From the NCBI RefSeq assembly GCF_009914755.1, contig NC_060936.1: a stretch of 64,000 bases of DNA, one strand, 5' to 3'. Below, in pieces: positions 1 through 17,925 of the stretch (positions are counted from its first letter, which is position 1; each line of letters opens with the position of its first letter). The notes under the pieces were generated by a model. The model saw only the letters and a program-made list of their open reading frames with translations. It was not told where the DNA came from and searched no databases. Origin of the DNA: the human T2T-CHM13v2.0 reference genome, Homo sapiens. The translations under genes were made by a program, and so were the position numbers.

Positions 1-155
1 CTCGCCCAGCCCCAGGGATAGAAGGGCGGAAGTCTGGACCTCAGTTTGACTTTATACACCTTTTCGCCTCTTCTGGTTGGAATGGAGTTGGGGCGGGGAG
101 GAATGTCTCATTTCATAGTGGGCCCCACCTTTGTTTTTTCCTACCTTCTCTCCAG

Positions 156-217
156 GCCTAATGGACCCATTTATCAGAAGTTTCGCAACCAGTTCTTAGC
201 ATTTTCCATTTTTCAGA
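156..217 (+). CDS. TMEM120B: TMEM120B internal coding exon (..PNGPIYQKFRNQFLAFSIFQ)
   Basis: Pyrimidine tract + tccag acceptor, A|GTGAGT donor; peptide recognisable as TMEM120 family; frame joins the next exon (A|GC = Ser). Upstream exons lie outside the window. Confidence 0.95.
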
Positions 218-661
218 GTGAGTGACTGTTGCCTGGATTTGGGGGAAGGGACATGGTTTTCTGAGACTTTCACCAAGGGAGGGCCCCAGCTGACATCAAT
301 CAGTGCTTGCCTGTGTGGCAGGGAGACCAGACTGGGGGAGAGGGTCCCAGAAATCCAGAAGGAGAGCTGTCCCCGCCCCAGGTCAGCTCCACCCACCTCC
401 CAGCCCCCAGCACTGCCTGCTCCTTCCCCAGGCTGGAACCCTGCCAACTGTGACCTTTGGGAACTGAGTAGCATTGGGGATACCAGCCTTTTTTCCAGTC
501 CTAAATAAGTCCTCCAAATGGAAATATATATTATTTTTCTCATCTGAAAATTGCTCTGGATTTGTATACTGGTCCCAAGGGTTGCCTCTGGGGAAGGGGG
601 CTTGAATGCTTGGGGACAGGGAGAGCGTCTTACTTTTCACCAACCTGTTTGTTCCCTTTAA

Positions 662-1394
<733 letters not shown>

Positions 1395-2088
1395 TGACTT
1401 TTCAGATACTACAACCTACATTTTAAGTTAAAACCTGCTTGCAAACAAATACAAATGTATAAAGCCAAGAATGGAAATTGTATATCAGCCCACCCTAGAG
1501 GTGACGTTAGTTAAGATCTATGTCCTCTCAAAAGTTTTTATTCATAAATAGGTATATACATGTGTGTATTACATTATGTATCTTTTACAAGTATGGGACC
1601 TTTCTGTACATAGAGCTTTACTATTATAACCTGCCTTTTGAATTTTTAACAGTTTATCATGGCTATTTTTCATGTCATTACCACCTCATTTTTAGCAACA
1701 ACGAAGTATCCCATTGGATGGAACTCTGTCTTGTGTCTTAGCATTGCACAGAGCTCCCAACATAGCACTGGCATAGCTTGCATTCCAGCAAGCATCTATT
1801 GAGTGTCTACTGCATGGAAAATTCCAGAAGTTTCAAATCTAGTTGGGGCTTAGATGGGTCCTCACATACCTGTGTTCTCTCTGTGTTCTGGATAAGGGCT
1901 AAAGCAGGTTCAGACCAGAGTGTGTGTGTCTGTTTGTGGTGTGTGGGCGTGGGAGAGGGTTGTAACCAGGGCACCCTTTCTGCTTCTGCCCAGTAAAGAC
2001 CCATCAGCCTGTGCTTGGGGCAGAGAGGTGTGGCCCTGTCTTCCGGGGACACCAGGCCCTGAGCCCAGGTGCTGTGCTCCCCCTGCAG

Positions 2089-2181
2089 GCTGCGTCCAGT
2101 TCCTGCAATATTATTACCAGAGGGGCTGCCTCTACCGGCTGCGGGCCCTGGGGGAGAGGAACCACCTGGATCTCACAGTGG
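2089..2181 (+). CDS. TMEM120B: TMEM120B coding exon ([30 protein letters not shown])
   Basis: ctgcag acceptor, G|GTGAGT donor; conserved TMEM120 motif [17 protein letters not shown]. Confidence 0.96.
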
Positions 2182-2619
2182 GTGAGTAGCTGGGCCTGGG
2201 TTGGAGCCGGGGCAGGTACTGGACCTGCCAGCTCCCCACACCGGGAGTGCAGCCCTGCGAGCACCTCCCATACAGCGGAGCCAGGCCGCTGCCCTTTATC
2301 CGAAGCGCCTTCCAGAATTCATCCTGGATTCTGTTTCAGCTGCCAAGTGCCAGGCCAGCTGCATACCAGGCCCCGAGGGCAGGGCCTCTGTCTCAGCCTC
2401 TGGAAGTGTCTATTTTTTTGTGTGTGTTCTAGAATACACACACACAAATTAGCCATTTGTGTGTAACATGTCTACATACCAACACGTATAAGTATATAAA
2501 TGCATGTACACGGGGGAGACATGCCTCACTCTGAAGCCATAGGAGTGCCAGCCAGAAAAGTGAGGAGACACCTCATTGAGAATTTCAGGGGAAACTGTTT
2601 TTAATACAACTCTGCTATC

Positions 2620-2923
<304 letters not shown>

Positions 2924-3325
2924 AACTCTGCTGTCTTTTGACATAGTCATTTCCATCAAATTACTCTCCTAAGTAGGTCCTCCTGTCTCAAGACTCGATA
3001 GAACTAATGCATGTGAAAATTCATTATAAAATGCAAAACCCTGTGCAGATTAAAGAAATTAGTAACAACATAGCGCCCAGTGTCTGTGTGTTGTCACCTG
3101 GCTCTTGGTGGCTTGAAGAGAGAGAGCAGTCAGGCCAGGTGACAGGGTTGCTATTGTCATAGTGAATGCCCACCCAGCTATGACAGGTGAGGGCTGACCC
3201 CCCGCATGTGTGACTGTCCCTGGCTCATCTTAGGGTGACTGGTGTGGCTGGGGGTGGGCGTCTGGTGGAGCTGTGGGGGCAGCGGACCCCCTCAGCGGGT
3301 CCTTTTTCTTCCCTCCTCTCCACAG

Positions 3326-3390
3326 AAGGGTTCCAGTCCTGGATGTGGCGGGGCCTCACCTTTCTCCTGCCCTTCCTCTTCTGTGGCCAT
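3326..3390 (+). CDS. TMEM120B: TMEM120B coding exon ([22 protein letters not shown])
   Basis: cacag acceptor, CAT|GTGAGT donor; [18 protein letters not shown] motif. Confidence 0.96.
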
Positions 3391-3729
3391 GTGAGTCCCC
3401 CTGGAGTTTGTGGGTATCTCCTGTCTGGGCTGACCCCCAGGAACAGAAGGTCTTCAGGCCTTGCCCTCCTTCTCCATCCGTCCCCATGCTGGGGCCCACA
3501 GCATCCTGGGGCCGGGGCAGCCTCTGGGCCCAGGGATGCCAAGGCAGGAGCCAGAACTGACCTAGCTCTGCCCTGGCCTCGGGTGCCTGCATTTCATTTT
3601 GGGGGTGTCTGTCAGTGTTGTGGGTAGTTGATACCCAAAGTTGGGTGAGGGGCCTGGCCATCACCCTGGCTTTCTACGTGGCCGGCCAGGGGAGTCTGGT
3701 GGGTGAGCAGCGCCTGCCTTCCTCTCCAG

Positions 3730-3798
3730 TTCTGGCAGCTCTACAATGCCGTCACGCTGTTTGAGCTCTCCAGCCACGAGGAATGCAGAGAATGGCAG
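3730..3798 (+). CDS. TMEM120B: TMEM120B penultimate coding exon (FWQLYNAVTLFELSSHEECREWQ)
   Basis: ctccag acceptor, CAG|GTATGG donor, 69 nt, phase 0. Confidence 0.95.
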
Positions 3799-4040
3799 GT
3801 ATGGGGGGTGGGGGCATGCTCGGGGGAGGTTCCCGGGAGGGCTGGGGTGGCAGGGATGGGGTGTATGTGTGGCATGCTGGGGTGCGGATTCCTGGGGAGG
3901 GCTGGGATGGCAGATGTGGGGGTGGGGTGTGTGCGTGTGTGTGGTGTGCTGTGGGGAGGTTCCTGGGGCGGGCTGGGCTGGCAGGTGTGGGGTGTTGTGG
4001 GGGGCCTGCTTGGCGGGAGGCTTCTGGAAGGGCTAGGGGT
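3793..4040 (+). repeat. Degenerate G-rich tandem repeat, 4 units of 55-71 bp
   Basis: Units start with TGGCAG at 3793, 3848, 3908 and 3979 and share ggttcc(t/c)gggg..gggctggg. Confidence 0.8.
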
Positions 4041-4276
4041 GGAGCCTCTCCCAATCTGTGGATCCCAAGGAGGTTCGCCCCATCGAGCCCTTCCCAGGCC
4101 CTGCCCAAGCCTGAGGCCTCACCCTTCCCCCAGGTCTCCTGAATCTCTGCCTTCGATGGCAAAACCCTGCAGTTTGGGAGTTTGGGGGCAGCTGTGCTGG
4201 AGATTCTGGGGTGCTGGGGGCAGGGGTTCAGCAGGGCAGATGCCCCAGCCTCGCCCTCCTCTCTGGACTCCCCCAG

Positions 4277-4390
4277 GTGTTCGTACTGGCGTTCACCTTC
4301 CTCATCCTCTTCCTCGGCAACTTCCTGACCACGCTCAAAGTCGTGCATGCCAAGCTCCAGAAGAACAGAGGCAAGACAAAGCAGCCGTGA
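4277..4390 (+). CDS. TMEM120B: TMEM120B last coding exon (VFVLAFTFLILFLGNFLTTLKVVHAKLQKNRGKTKQP*)
   Basis: ccccag acceptor; hydrophobic TM helix followed by a basic tail; TGA at 4388-4390. Confidence 0.96.
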   Translation: MFVLAFTFLILFLGNFLTTLKVVHAKLQKNRGKTKQP

Positions 4391-5468
4391 GCCTCGGGCT
4401 CCTGTGCCCTCGGCCCGGACTTCAGACTGCAGGGGGCTCCCGGGCTCCTTCCCAGCAGCCCTCTCAGGCCCGTGGCATCGCTGGGAGAGGGCCCAGGCCC
4501 TGGTCCCCCAGTGGACCCCAGTGGTCTAGAGGAATGTGAGCCCCGCCTGTCCGCACAGTGTCCGCCCACCTATTTATGACATATTTAATGCTGGGTCCCC
4601 CATCGTCCCTGGAACCCGAGGCCTCACTCCTGTGCTTGAAGGTGGCTGAGGCCGGGCCAGTCTTCCTGGGGATGGGGCCTGAAGCCTCAGGGAGCCCCTC
4701 TGTTCCCACTCCTGTCATTTGAACCCCTCTGGGTGGGGTTTGGATGTGCCTCGCGGGGTTGGATTTATGCTGACCTGCTACTTACCAGGCCCAGGCTGGG
4801 GTGGTGTGAACCCTCAGTGTCCTGTGGCGCCCCCACCCCGGGGCCACTCTGCTTCTGCTGTGAGCCCCCTCCTCGCCCACCCCGCCACGTGGTGAGGGTT
4901 ATTTTAAGTTCTCAGAGACCCACCGCGTCTGCCTCGTGCTCTTCTTGCCCCTGGAGCGCTGGGGGCATCCTGAGTCAGGCTGTGAGAAGATTCGCCACCA
5001 GAGGGCGCCCCGGGCCCTGGGTCGTCCAAGGGGACAAGGACGTTCCCGTCTGTGCTTCGGGGTTCCCTGACCCCCCCATCCTGCAGCCCACCTTCCTGCA
5101 GTGTCGTGGCAGGTACTTGGAGAGTGGGACCAAGACCCTTGGCCCCTGTGGAGGGGAACCACCTCCCCCCTCCTTCCCAGAGCTTCTGGATGTTGTGGGA
5201 GGGAGGTGGGGGTGCCTGGCAGGCTCACCCCCAGGGGCCGCACCCTGAGGCGGGGTCAGAGCCACTGGGCATCGCTTGGGTGAGATTCTGCATTCGACGG
5301 GAGGCAGAGAGGCCACCAGGTTTGGCTGAGTGCTCTGCCCCACCATTCATATATGGGCCTCAGCTCCCCCTAACTGTGGCCCTACAAATCCCTAGGCCAG
5401 ACCTCACAGCAGTGCCCACAGGCATGCCTTGTTTAGCCCTCCTCAAGGAATTTTAAAATTTTTAATTA

Positions 5469-6158
<690 letters not shown>

Positions 6159-6292
6159 TAGAAAAACGGACCTGGCAACATTCCCGTGGCACAGGACGCC
6201 TACTCTCCAGTTGCCACAGGCCCTGCCACCCCCCTGCCCTTCATTCTGGTCTCCTTTCTGGTCCTTTTTAGGCACCTGCGTTTGCCCTAGAT

Positions 6293-6501
6293 TAGGAGTC
6301 AGCTAGCTGTCTGTAAAGGGCCAGATGGCAACTATTTTGAGCTTTATGGGCCAGGTGGTTTGTGGCAGCTACTCTTCACCTGCAGCCCCAGAGCACAAGG
6401 CAATGCAGAAAGGAATGGGTGTTGCTGTGTTCCAATAAAACTTTATTTACAAATCAGGCTGTGGCCAGATGTGGCCCACAGGCTGTAGTTGTTGGACCTC
6501 T
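6293..6501 (-). mobile_element. MER58A-like hAT-Charlie DNA transposon fossil
   Basis: ctgtaaagggccagat...ccaataaaactttatttacaaa...ggcccacaggctgtagtt matches the MER58 consensus. Confidence 0.8.
6434..6447. terminator. Bidirectional poly(A) signal AATAAAACTTTATT inside MER58A
   Basis: AATAAA on + at 6434-6439 and AATAAA on - at 6442-6447, between the convergent TMEM120B and RHOF genes. Confidence 0.7.
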
Positions 6502-6838
6502 ACCGTAGACCATCATGAGGCCTGGGGTTCTTCGAGAACAAGAACTCCTTGGTTGATTCCCCAGGGTACGGCAGGGCCTTGGGAACCTGGGTGGGTTGGG
6601 GAGGGTCTCAGAAGGCTCCTTCCTTTGGCAACCTGACTTCTTGGAAGCTCAGGTTTAGCTGACGCCCCAGCACTGGGCCAGGGGGGCTGAGGCAGGAGAT
6701 ATGGGGAAGGCTAGGAGTTGCCTGAAGCCATTATCCCATCTTAGGCGACACCGACTCCTAGGCGCCCTCCAGAGCCAAGCAGCTTGCGACTTCTGGTAGG
6801 CACCGGAATCCCCTGGGATGCTTGTTTTAAAAGTCCTG

Positions 6839-7184
<346 letters not shown>

Positions 7185-8165
7185 TTAGGTATCTGGCTGT
7201 TGGTGACACAGGTGGTCTATGAACCAGTTCTGAGAAACTGTCCCGCGTGGACAGGGGGTAGATCCCATCAGTTCTCAAAGGAGGCCAGGATGTCTCGCCT
7301 CCTGAACTCCACAGGCTGGTAGAAGCGGGGCTTGAGGGACAGCAGGTTGGGAGCTTGAGGACTAAGTGGGCCAGTCCTGTCCTACCACAGTGGGGGGAAC
7401 AGTCCACAGAAAACTTGCTCATGACCACACTGGGAGCCGACTGTTCTTCCCATCCCAAGTCTCTGACACTGGGGGCTTTGGGTGAAACCTTAAGGAGATG
7501 GTCAGATGGGTGGTCCAGGGTATACTTTTAACAACTGAGAAGCCATTTTTTCTGCCCCCTGGGCACATGTGCCCAGCTCTGCAAAGACAGTGGCCAAGTT
7601 GAAGACAAGTCTTCCATGTGGGGTGGAGATGGGAGGGGTGGGTGCCAGGCTGCAGCCTGTGTCCTCCTGATAGGCCCAGCCCCCTCGGTGGCCTCCGTGT
7701 TCCTGGGGGAAGGAAGGAAGGAGCTGGAGGATACAGTGGTGCCTATCTCGGGAGCCCAGGGAGGCAGGGACACAGGAGTGGCAGGCTTGGGGCGCCCGCG
7801 TGGAACAGTGCCAGGTCTACGTTTACCCACTACCAGATAGACTTTTTCATTTCAAGCATAACTTGAGTCTGCACTGGGGAGACACTCGTGGTGGGGGTGG
7901 CTGTGATGAGGGCACTTGCGAGTCCCGACAACAGACACTGGCTCCTGCACCCACATCACCACCATGTCCCAGGGGCAGCCTGGAGGGGAGTTTGTGGTCA
8001 GAGCCCCAGCCAGGAAAGGAGAGAGTTCCAGAATGTTCCAAGAGTCTAGCCGCAGGCCCCAGACACCATGAGCTGGAGGGTCGGGATGGGGCAGCCTCCC
8101 TGGTGCAATCGGCACCTGGGCCCCCGGGCCCTGTCAGTGCTGTCGTGAGGTCTGTCTGCCCTGGG

Positions 8166-8330
8166 TCAGAGCAGCAGGCAGAGCCGGCGCTTCTTCTGCC
8201 GTTGCGCCTTCTTCAGAGCGCTGAGAGCCACCTTGGCGGCCTCCCGGAAGACGTCCTCCACATTCTCCCGAAACTTGGCGGAACATTCCAGGTAGAGAGC
8301 AGCTCGGATCTGTTCGCAGGCGCTCAGGCC
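8166..8330 (-). CDS. RHOF: RHOF exon 5 (GLSACEQIRAALYLECSAKF...KKRRLCLLL*)
   Basis: cccag acceptor; G5 box ECSAK, polybasic region and CAAX box CLLL; TGA. Confidence 0.97.
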   Translation of the reverse strand, partial: GLSACEQIRAALYLECSAKFRENVEDVFREAAKVALSALKKAQRQKKRRLCLLL

Positions 8331-8697
8331 CTGGGTGGGGGGAGGAGCCAGCATTAGGTGAGGGGCCCCTGGAGGTCTCCTAGCACCACCTGGTGGGTTT
8401 GGGACTGGCTCTGAGGACTCTGCAGGGATGGAGGCCTTGGTTTGGGCCTGTCTGTCTCCTCCATCCTGGCTGCCCCTCACAGTGTGTGGGTGGAATGGAG
8501 GGCCAGGGCAGTGCAGCCCGCAGGTTGGAAGAAGCCCTGTCCAGGCCCCCACCCTGGCCTCTCTCCAGCTCCGGGCAGGGAGGGGCTGAATCCTGAGACC
8601 CGGGGTTGGTTCCCCCAGGTGTGTCTCCCAGGCCTGTGAGAAGAGTTGGAGGCCTCAAGACAGAAAGGACTTCCAGCCACCTCTCTCCCTTCTCTGA

Positions 8698-9027
<330 letters not shown>

Positions 9028-9189
9028 GGATTTGCCCTTATTAATGGTTATTTCTTGTGAAAGTTTCTTTTTGCCTTTGCATTCCTTTTATTCTGTTTAT
9101 TCCCCCATGCCTCACCCAAAGAGTTGCACGGTCAATTGGCCCGTGAAGGGGACGCCTACTTTCAAACAAGGCAGACAGGACACGACAGG

Positions 9190-9420
9190 ACGGCGGCTCA
9201 TAGCACAGACTTTGGATTGCAGTGGATGGGACCAGATCCTGGCTCCACTTCTCGCTAGCTGTGTGGCCCTGGGCAAGCTGCTTAACCTCTCTGGGCCTCA
9301 GTTTCTCCCCCTGTAAACTGGGGGATGTGAACAGCGCCTGCCTCCGAGTCCTAAGGATTGGGAGTAGTCGTGTAAAGTGCTCAGGTCCACAGGCCATCAA
9401 TACTAATAGTTAAAAATTAT
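9190..9420 (+). mobile_element. MIR
   Basis: gctgtgtggccctgggcaag...cctcagtttctcccc core. Confidence 0.7.
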
Positions 9421-9541
9421 TCTTAGAATCTTGCTTCCCTCAGCTCCCTGAAAGGCCACTAAGGCACCCCAGTTGCAGAGGCCAAAGGTCCGGGAGGCTT
9501 CACAGCCACGGCTGTGCCCCAGGGTCTTGGCCCCGGCCCAC

Positions 9542-10238
<697 letters not shown>

Positions 10239-10674
10239 CTAGGGCTGGGGCTGGAGAAACTGCTAGAGATGATGCCGATAGCCAGTGTGATCCCCCTGCC
10301 CTGATGGTCAAGGGCAGAGTGCAGACTGGAACCCTCCCCTCCCCAAAGATTCAGACCTGTGGGGCTGAGTGGGCTCATAGTGTCCCCAAGTCCTGAGAGG
10401 CTGGTGTCTGGCTTCAGCCTCCAGCTTCTCAGGTTCTGATGCAGTCAGCTGAGTTCCCTGCCTATTCTTGCAAGCACTAGGAGGAGGGTGGTGGGTTGCT
10501 GGGAACAGCACCGAGCGCCCTCCCCACCCAGATTCACAGAGCACACTCCCCGGGGGGATACTTTAATCCGGAGGCCGTGACGCCTGGCTCCGCCCCGAGA
10601 CGAGCTGAATCCAAATACGGATCTAGGCTTGAGCTTGGTTGGGTTTGCTTTTTTCTTCTTCTTCTTTATAAACA

Positions 10675-11090
10675 ATTCTTTGTAACTTTTTGTATTGACA
10701 GTTTCAAACTTACAGTAAAATTGCAACACGAGTATGAAGAGCTCTCTGACTGTGATTCACCACCTGTTTGCATTGGCCCCTCTGACTTTATCTGGAGACA
10801 GACACTTCTGTTTCTCCCTGTCAGGGCACGGTAACTGTAGACATCTGCCTCTTCACCCCTTAGCTCAGCGCCTATCTGCTGAGAACAAGGGCGTTCTCTC
10901 CCCTGCCCCAAGCCCCCAGAAACCGCATGGACTCTGCATTCTAATCTGATCCACAGACCATAGTCAGATTTTGACCATTTCACCAATATTGTCCTTTATT
11001 TTTTTCCCCGTTGAGGAGCCAGCCCAGCCCAGGGTTCTACACTGCACTTAGTCATCCTGCCCCGGTATTTTTTTAAAATCCCCACAGTGA
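10675..11090 (-). mobile_element. Old L1M 3'-end fragment
   Basis: tttcaaacttacagtaaaattgcaa...ttcaccaatattgtccttta resembles L1MC/MD 3' ends. Confidence 0.5.
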
Positions 11091-12000
11091 GAACTGAGAG
11101 CTTTTCAGGCTCATTGGTGACCAGCCCCCCGCCCCTCCACTTCCTTCCACTGAACAAGGAACGTGGAGGCCCAGGAATCCCCCTGCCCTGTCCGCAGCTG
11201 TTGCAGGTGCTGGGTGGCACCAGCCTGCCCCCCGTTCCTTCTCTGCCAGACACCTCTCAGGACAAGTGGCCTCTCCACGGAGTACCACCAGGCCATGTCT
11301 GCTCCTAACCCCTTGCTGGTGATGGGGCATGGCCACCCTCTCCCCACTGGATCCCCCTCAACCCAGGGACCTCCAAAAGTCTTCAGCCAGCTCCCCCATG
11401 GAACAGTGCTTAAGGGTGAGGTCACTAGAGACAGATGAGACACATGTTCAAATCCCAGCTCTGCCCTCACTGGCTGTGTGACCTTGACTTAGACAGGACA
11501 GTGGTGGGAGTCTTGGCTTCCCCATCTGGGACATGAAAATCATAAAATCTACCTCACGGGGCTGTCACCAGCCAAGGCACACCATTGCACTCCAGCCTGG
11601 GTGACAAGAGCGAAACTCTGTCTCAAAAAAAATAAAAATAAAAATAAAAAATGAATTAACATAAAGCATTCAACGCCTCAGTTGCACAAGCCTCATTTCA
11701 GGTGATGAACTGCCGCCCGGGGCTCATGGCTAATGCAGTGATTGGGGCAGGTGCACGGCATTTCCTCCACTGCAGAAAGTTCTACTGGACGGTGGGCCCC
11801 TGTCTACTGCTGGCCACCCCCCGCCCCTACACCATCCTCATCTAAGTCCTCGTCTGTCCCTCTTCCCTGCCTCCTGCAGCCCTTTGATGAATCCATTATC
11901 CACCTGACAGCTGGATGGATCTTAAAACACAAGTCATATCCTGGCCCCCTCTCCACAACTGAAGCATCTTCAATGGCTCCCTATTGCCCCCCCCCCCACC

Positions 12001-12575
<575 letters not shown>

Positions 12576-12939
12576 TATTGCCCTTTGCATAAAATCCAAA
12601 CATCTCCCCTGGTTCACATGACTTCATCGCCTGCCACACCCGCTTGCTCACTGCAGTCCCGCCAAGGCACCATCTCACTGTTTCTCAAACCCACCAAGCT
12701 CTCATGTCCCAGCCTTTGTGCTTGCTGTTCCACATGCCAGGAAGGTCCTTCCCTCATTTCTCTTTTCACCGTTTTCTCTCTAGCATTTTATTCTTAAACA
12801 TCCAGATTAACCATCTATATTTTTTCCCTTTTGAGGATAACTGCCTGCCCTCTGCGACTGCCTTTATAATAATACATCCTATACTCTATGCAGTTTTCAG
12901 GGTGCTTTAGTCTAGAAATGGTTAAGAAATCCTTGGTGA

Positions 12940-13415
<476 letters not shown>

Positions 13416-13540
13416 CTAACGTGCTATTTTGTTTTGTATTGTGCAAAAATAGGTTCTGGTCCTTTAAGATGTAACAATGGGGTTCACAGTTCTGGCATAA
13501 CTTATTCCCTTTTACAAATATGGCCGGAGTGAACAGGTAC

Positions 13541-14040
13541 ATTAGTCCCCCTAACCCACAAGGGTGGATTCCAAGACCCCCAGTGGATGTTTGAAACCAC
13601 AGTCTAGAACTCTAGATACGCTGTTTTTTTCTATATGTACACACCTATAAGACAGCTTAGTTTATGAATTAGGCACAGTAAGAGATTAACAACAAGAATA
13701 AAATAAAACAGGGCCAGGCACCGTGGCTCACACCTGTAATCCCAGCACTTTGGGAAGCCAAGGCGGGAGGATCACTTGAACTCAGGAGTTCAAGACCAGC
13801 CTGGCTTGTTACCGAGCCAGCTACTGACTGACTCACAGGCAGGTGGTGTCTCCAGCAGGGATACACAGAGGAAGGGGCGAATCATATCCCGGGTGGGATG
13901 CAGCAGGACAGCGCACGATCTCATCACGCTGCTCAGAGCAGTGCATGATCTAAAATTTATGAATTATTTCTCGAATTTTCCAGGTAATATTTTCAGACCT
14001 CAGGTAACTGAAACTACAGAAAGTGAAACCGTGGATAAGG
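13541..14040 (-). mobile_element. MER44/Tigger7-like TcMar fossil with an Alu monomer inserted (13711-13803)
   Basis: Ends tagtccccctaaccca / gaaagtgaaaccgtggataagg; internal MER44-like sequence. Confidence 0.7.
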
Positions 14041-14074
14041 TTATAAAATGGGGCCCCCTTGGACGTCTTCTCTC

Positions 14075-15022
<948 letters not shown>

Positions 15023-15423
15023 CCAAGGTTGTTCCACTCTCGTCACACACAGCAGAGACAAGGGTTGAGACTTGCCCACTGGGTTTGGCAACTATGGCAT
15101 GCAGTGACATCAGGACAGGAGGTGGCGGGGCAGGCATCAGGCTGCAGTGGGTGAGGGAAGAAGTCAGCCCCGGGGCGCTGGAGGCAGTCACACCCTGCCT
15201 GCCTTTCCTGGGGCCTCTGCCCTTGCTGTTCACTCCTCCAGAAGGCTCTTTCAACAGGGAGCAGTGTGGCTCCTTCCCTCCTCTCCTTCAGGGCTCTATG
15301 GAATGTCGCCTCCTCCCAGAGACCTTTCCTGACTGCTCTGAAACAGCTTCCTTGGCAGTCTGCCCCATGACAGTGGCTTTACTCATGGCTCTCACCCCTA
15401 CCTGATTTCACAATACTTCTCTG

Positions 15424-15800
<377 letters not shown>

Positions 15801-16289
15801 TCACTGTTGGGTCCCTGGGAACACAGGCGAGCTCAATACCTGTTTGGTGAAGGAAGGCTCAAAGGAAGGAGTGGTTGAAGAGGGTTAATCGTCATCTCTC
15901 TGGCTTTAGGTGCCCTGCAGCCTTGGCAAGGGCATTCCACTTCCTGACCTGTGTTCATTCAAGCAGCCACCCTGGGAGGTGCGCTGGGTGGGGACAGTTC
16001 TTCCTGTTAAGAACGCAAGTGGTGGAGGGGGCCTTTGTCAAGGTCAGAGACAAGCACCCTGTGAGCCAGAGGCCAACCAGTCCCCAAGGTCAGCTGCCTG
16101 CCAGGCCATTCTAAAAGCACCAGTTCTTCCAGGAAGCTGTCCCCAGCCTTCCCAACCGGGAATTAACCTCTGGGCCTCAGTTTTCTCATCTGTGAAATGG
16201 AGATGTGAAAAGTGAGCGAGCCTTGATGACAGTCATAATAAAGATGGTTAATATCGACTCTCTTTCTCTCATATAAAAGTCATGGTCTA

Positions 16290-16795
<506 letters not shown>

Positions 16796-17752
16796 TAGAC
16801 ACTATTGTTGGCCCCATTTTACAGGCTGAGAAACGGAAGCACAGAGAGCTGGAGTGACTTGCCCCAGGCCACACAGCTAAGGGGAAGCTTTGTAAATAAC
16901 AGAGGACCTTACTGGAGTATTTTTTTTTCTTAGCCTACCCCAGAAAACAGGAAGGAATCCTCACCCTACTTGTCCCAGCCCTGACCAGGTGAGGAAAAAT
17001 GTCAGCCCTCTCAAGAAAGAGGGCCTCTGGAAAGGGAGAGGCAGCCAGCTCCGACTCCAGCACCTCCTCCAGGTTGCCTTCCTGGCTTGACTCTGCCCAA
17101 CCCAGCTTTCCCTAGAATTCAGTGTGGGCCTTTGGGGCGTGGGGGTGGTGGGGGGACCAGGCCTGCAGAGGACTACTTCCGTGTGCACCAACCCCATGCC
17201 CACTTGGGGATGGGGGAGCGTACTATTAATAAATACCTTCTCTCATATGAGTCAGGAGGGTCAGGTTCCATTCACTCATGCACATTCTGGGCGGGACTGT
17301 TCAGGGCAGCCTCCACATCTCGAATTGACGCCCACATTTCCCTCTCTGGGTGTCAATTTCCTTATCTGGGAGAGGGGGTGATAACAGTGATAACCCTCCC
17401 CCTAATCTGGAAGGTGAAAGCCCAGGAGAAGGGAGGCAATGCTTAGAGCGGGAGCAGTGCAGGGGCAGGGGTGGAGTGGGGGGCAGTGCCGGGAGGCAGG
17501 AGGACTGCTATTGTGGTTACTGTTGAAACTTCCAGGAGAAGTTAATAGCCTGGCATGGTGGGTGGTCAGAACCCCAGAATCTTTGGACCCAGAAGCTTCA
17601 GGGGCCTCCCAGCCACCAGGTGATACCATTACCCTCCACATTCTACCTAAAATGATACCAGGGCTGAAAGGGTCCATGTCACCTGCCCGTAGTCACAGAG
17701 GGGGCCCATCCAGCCTCTGCAGATGGGCTTAGAGGTTAAAACAGCCCAGGTA

Positions 17753-17925
17753 GACCAGGCGTGGTGGCTCACACCTGTAATCCCAGCACTTTGGGAGGCT
17801 GACATGGGAGGATCACTTGAGCCCAAGAGGCTGTGGCTGCAATGAGTTATGATCATGCTATGGCACTCCAGCCTGGGTGACAGAGCGAGACCCTGTCTCT
17901 AACCATTCCCCACCTCAAAAAAAAA
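17753..17925 (+). mobile_element. Alu monomer or internally deleted Alu
   Basis: Left-arm start joined to a 3' end. Confidence 0.75.

Noticed and set aside
3703-4539. 278-aa ORF spanning the TMEM120B exon and last intron
   Set aside because: Exon read-through into a G-rich repeat; the full intron (478 nt) is not 3n, so it is not a separate gene
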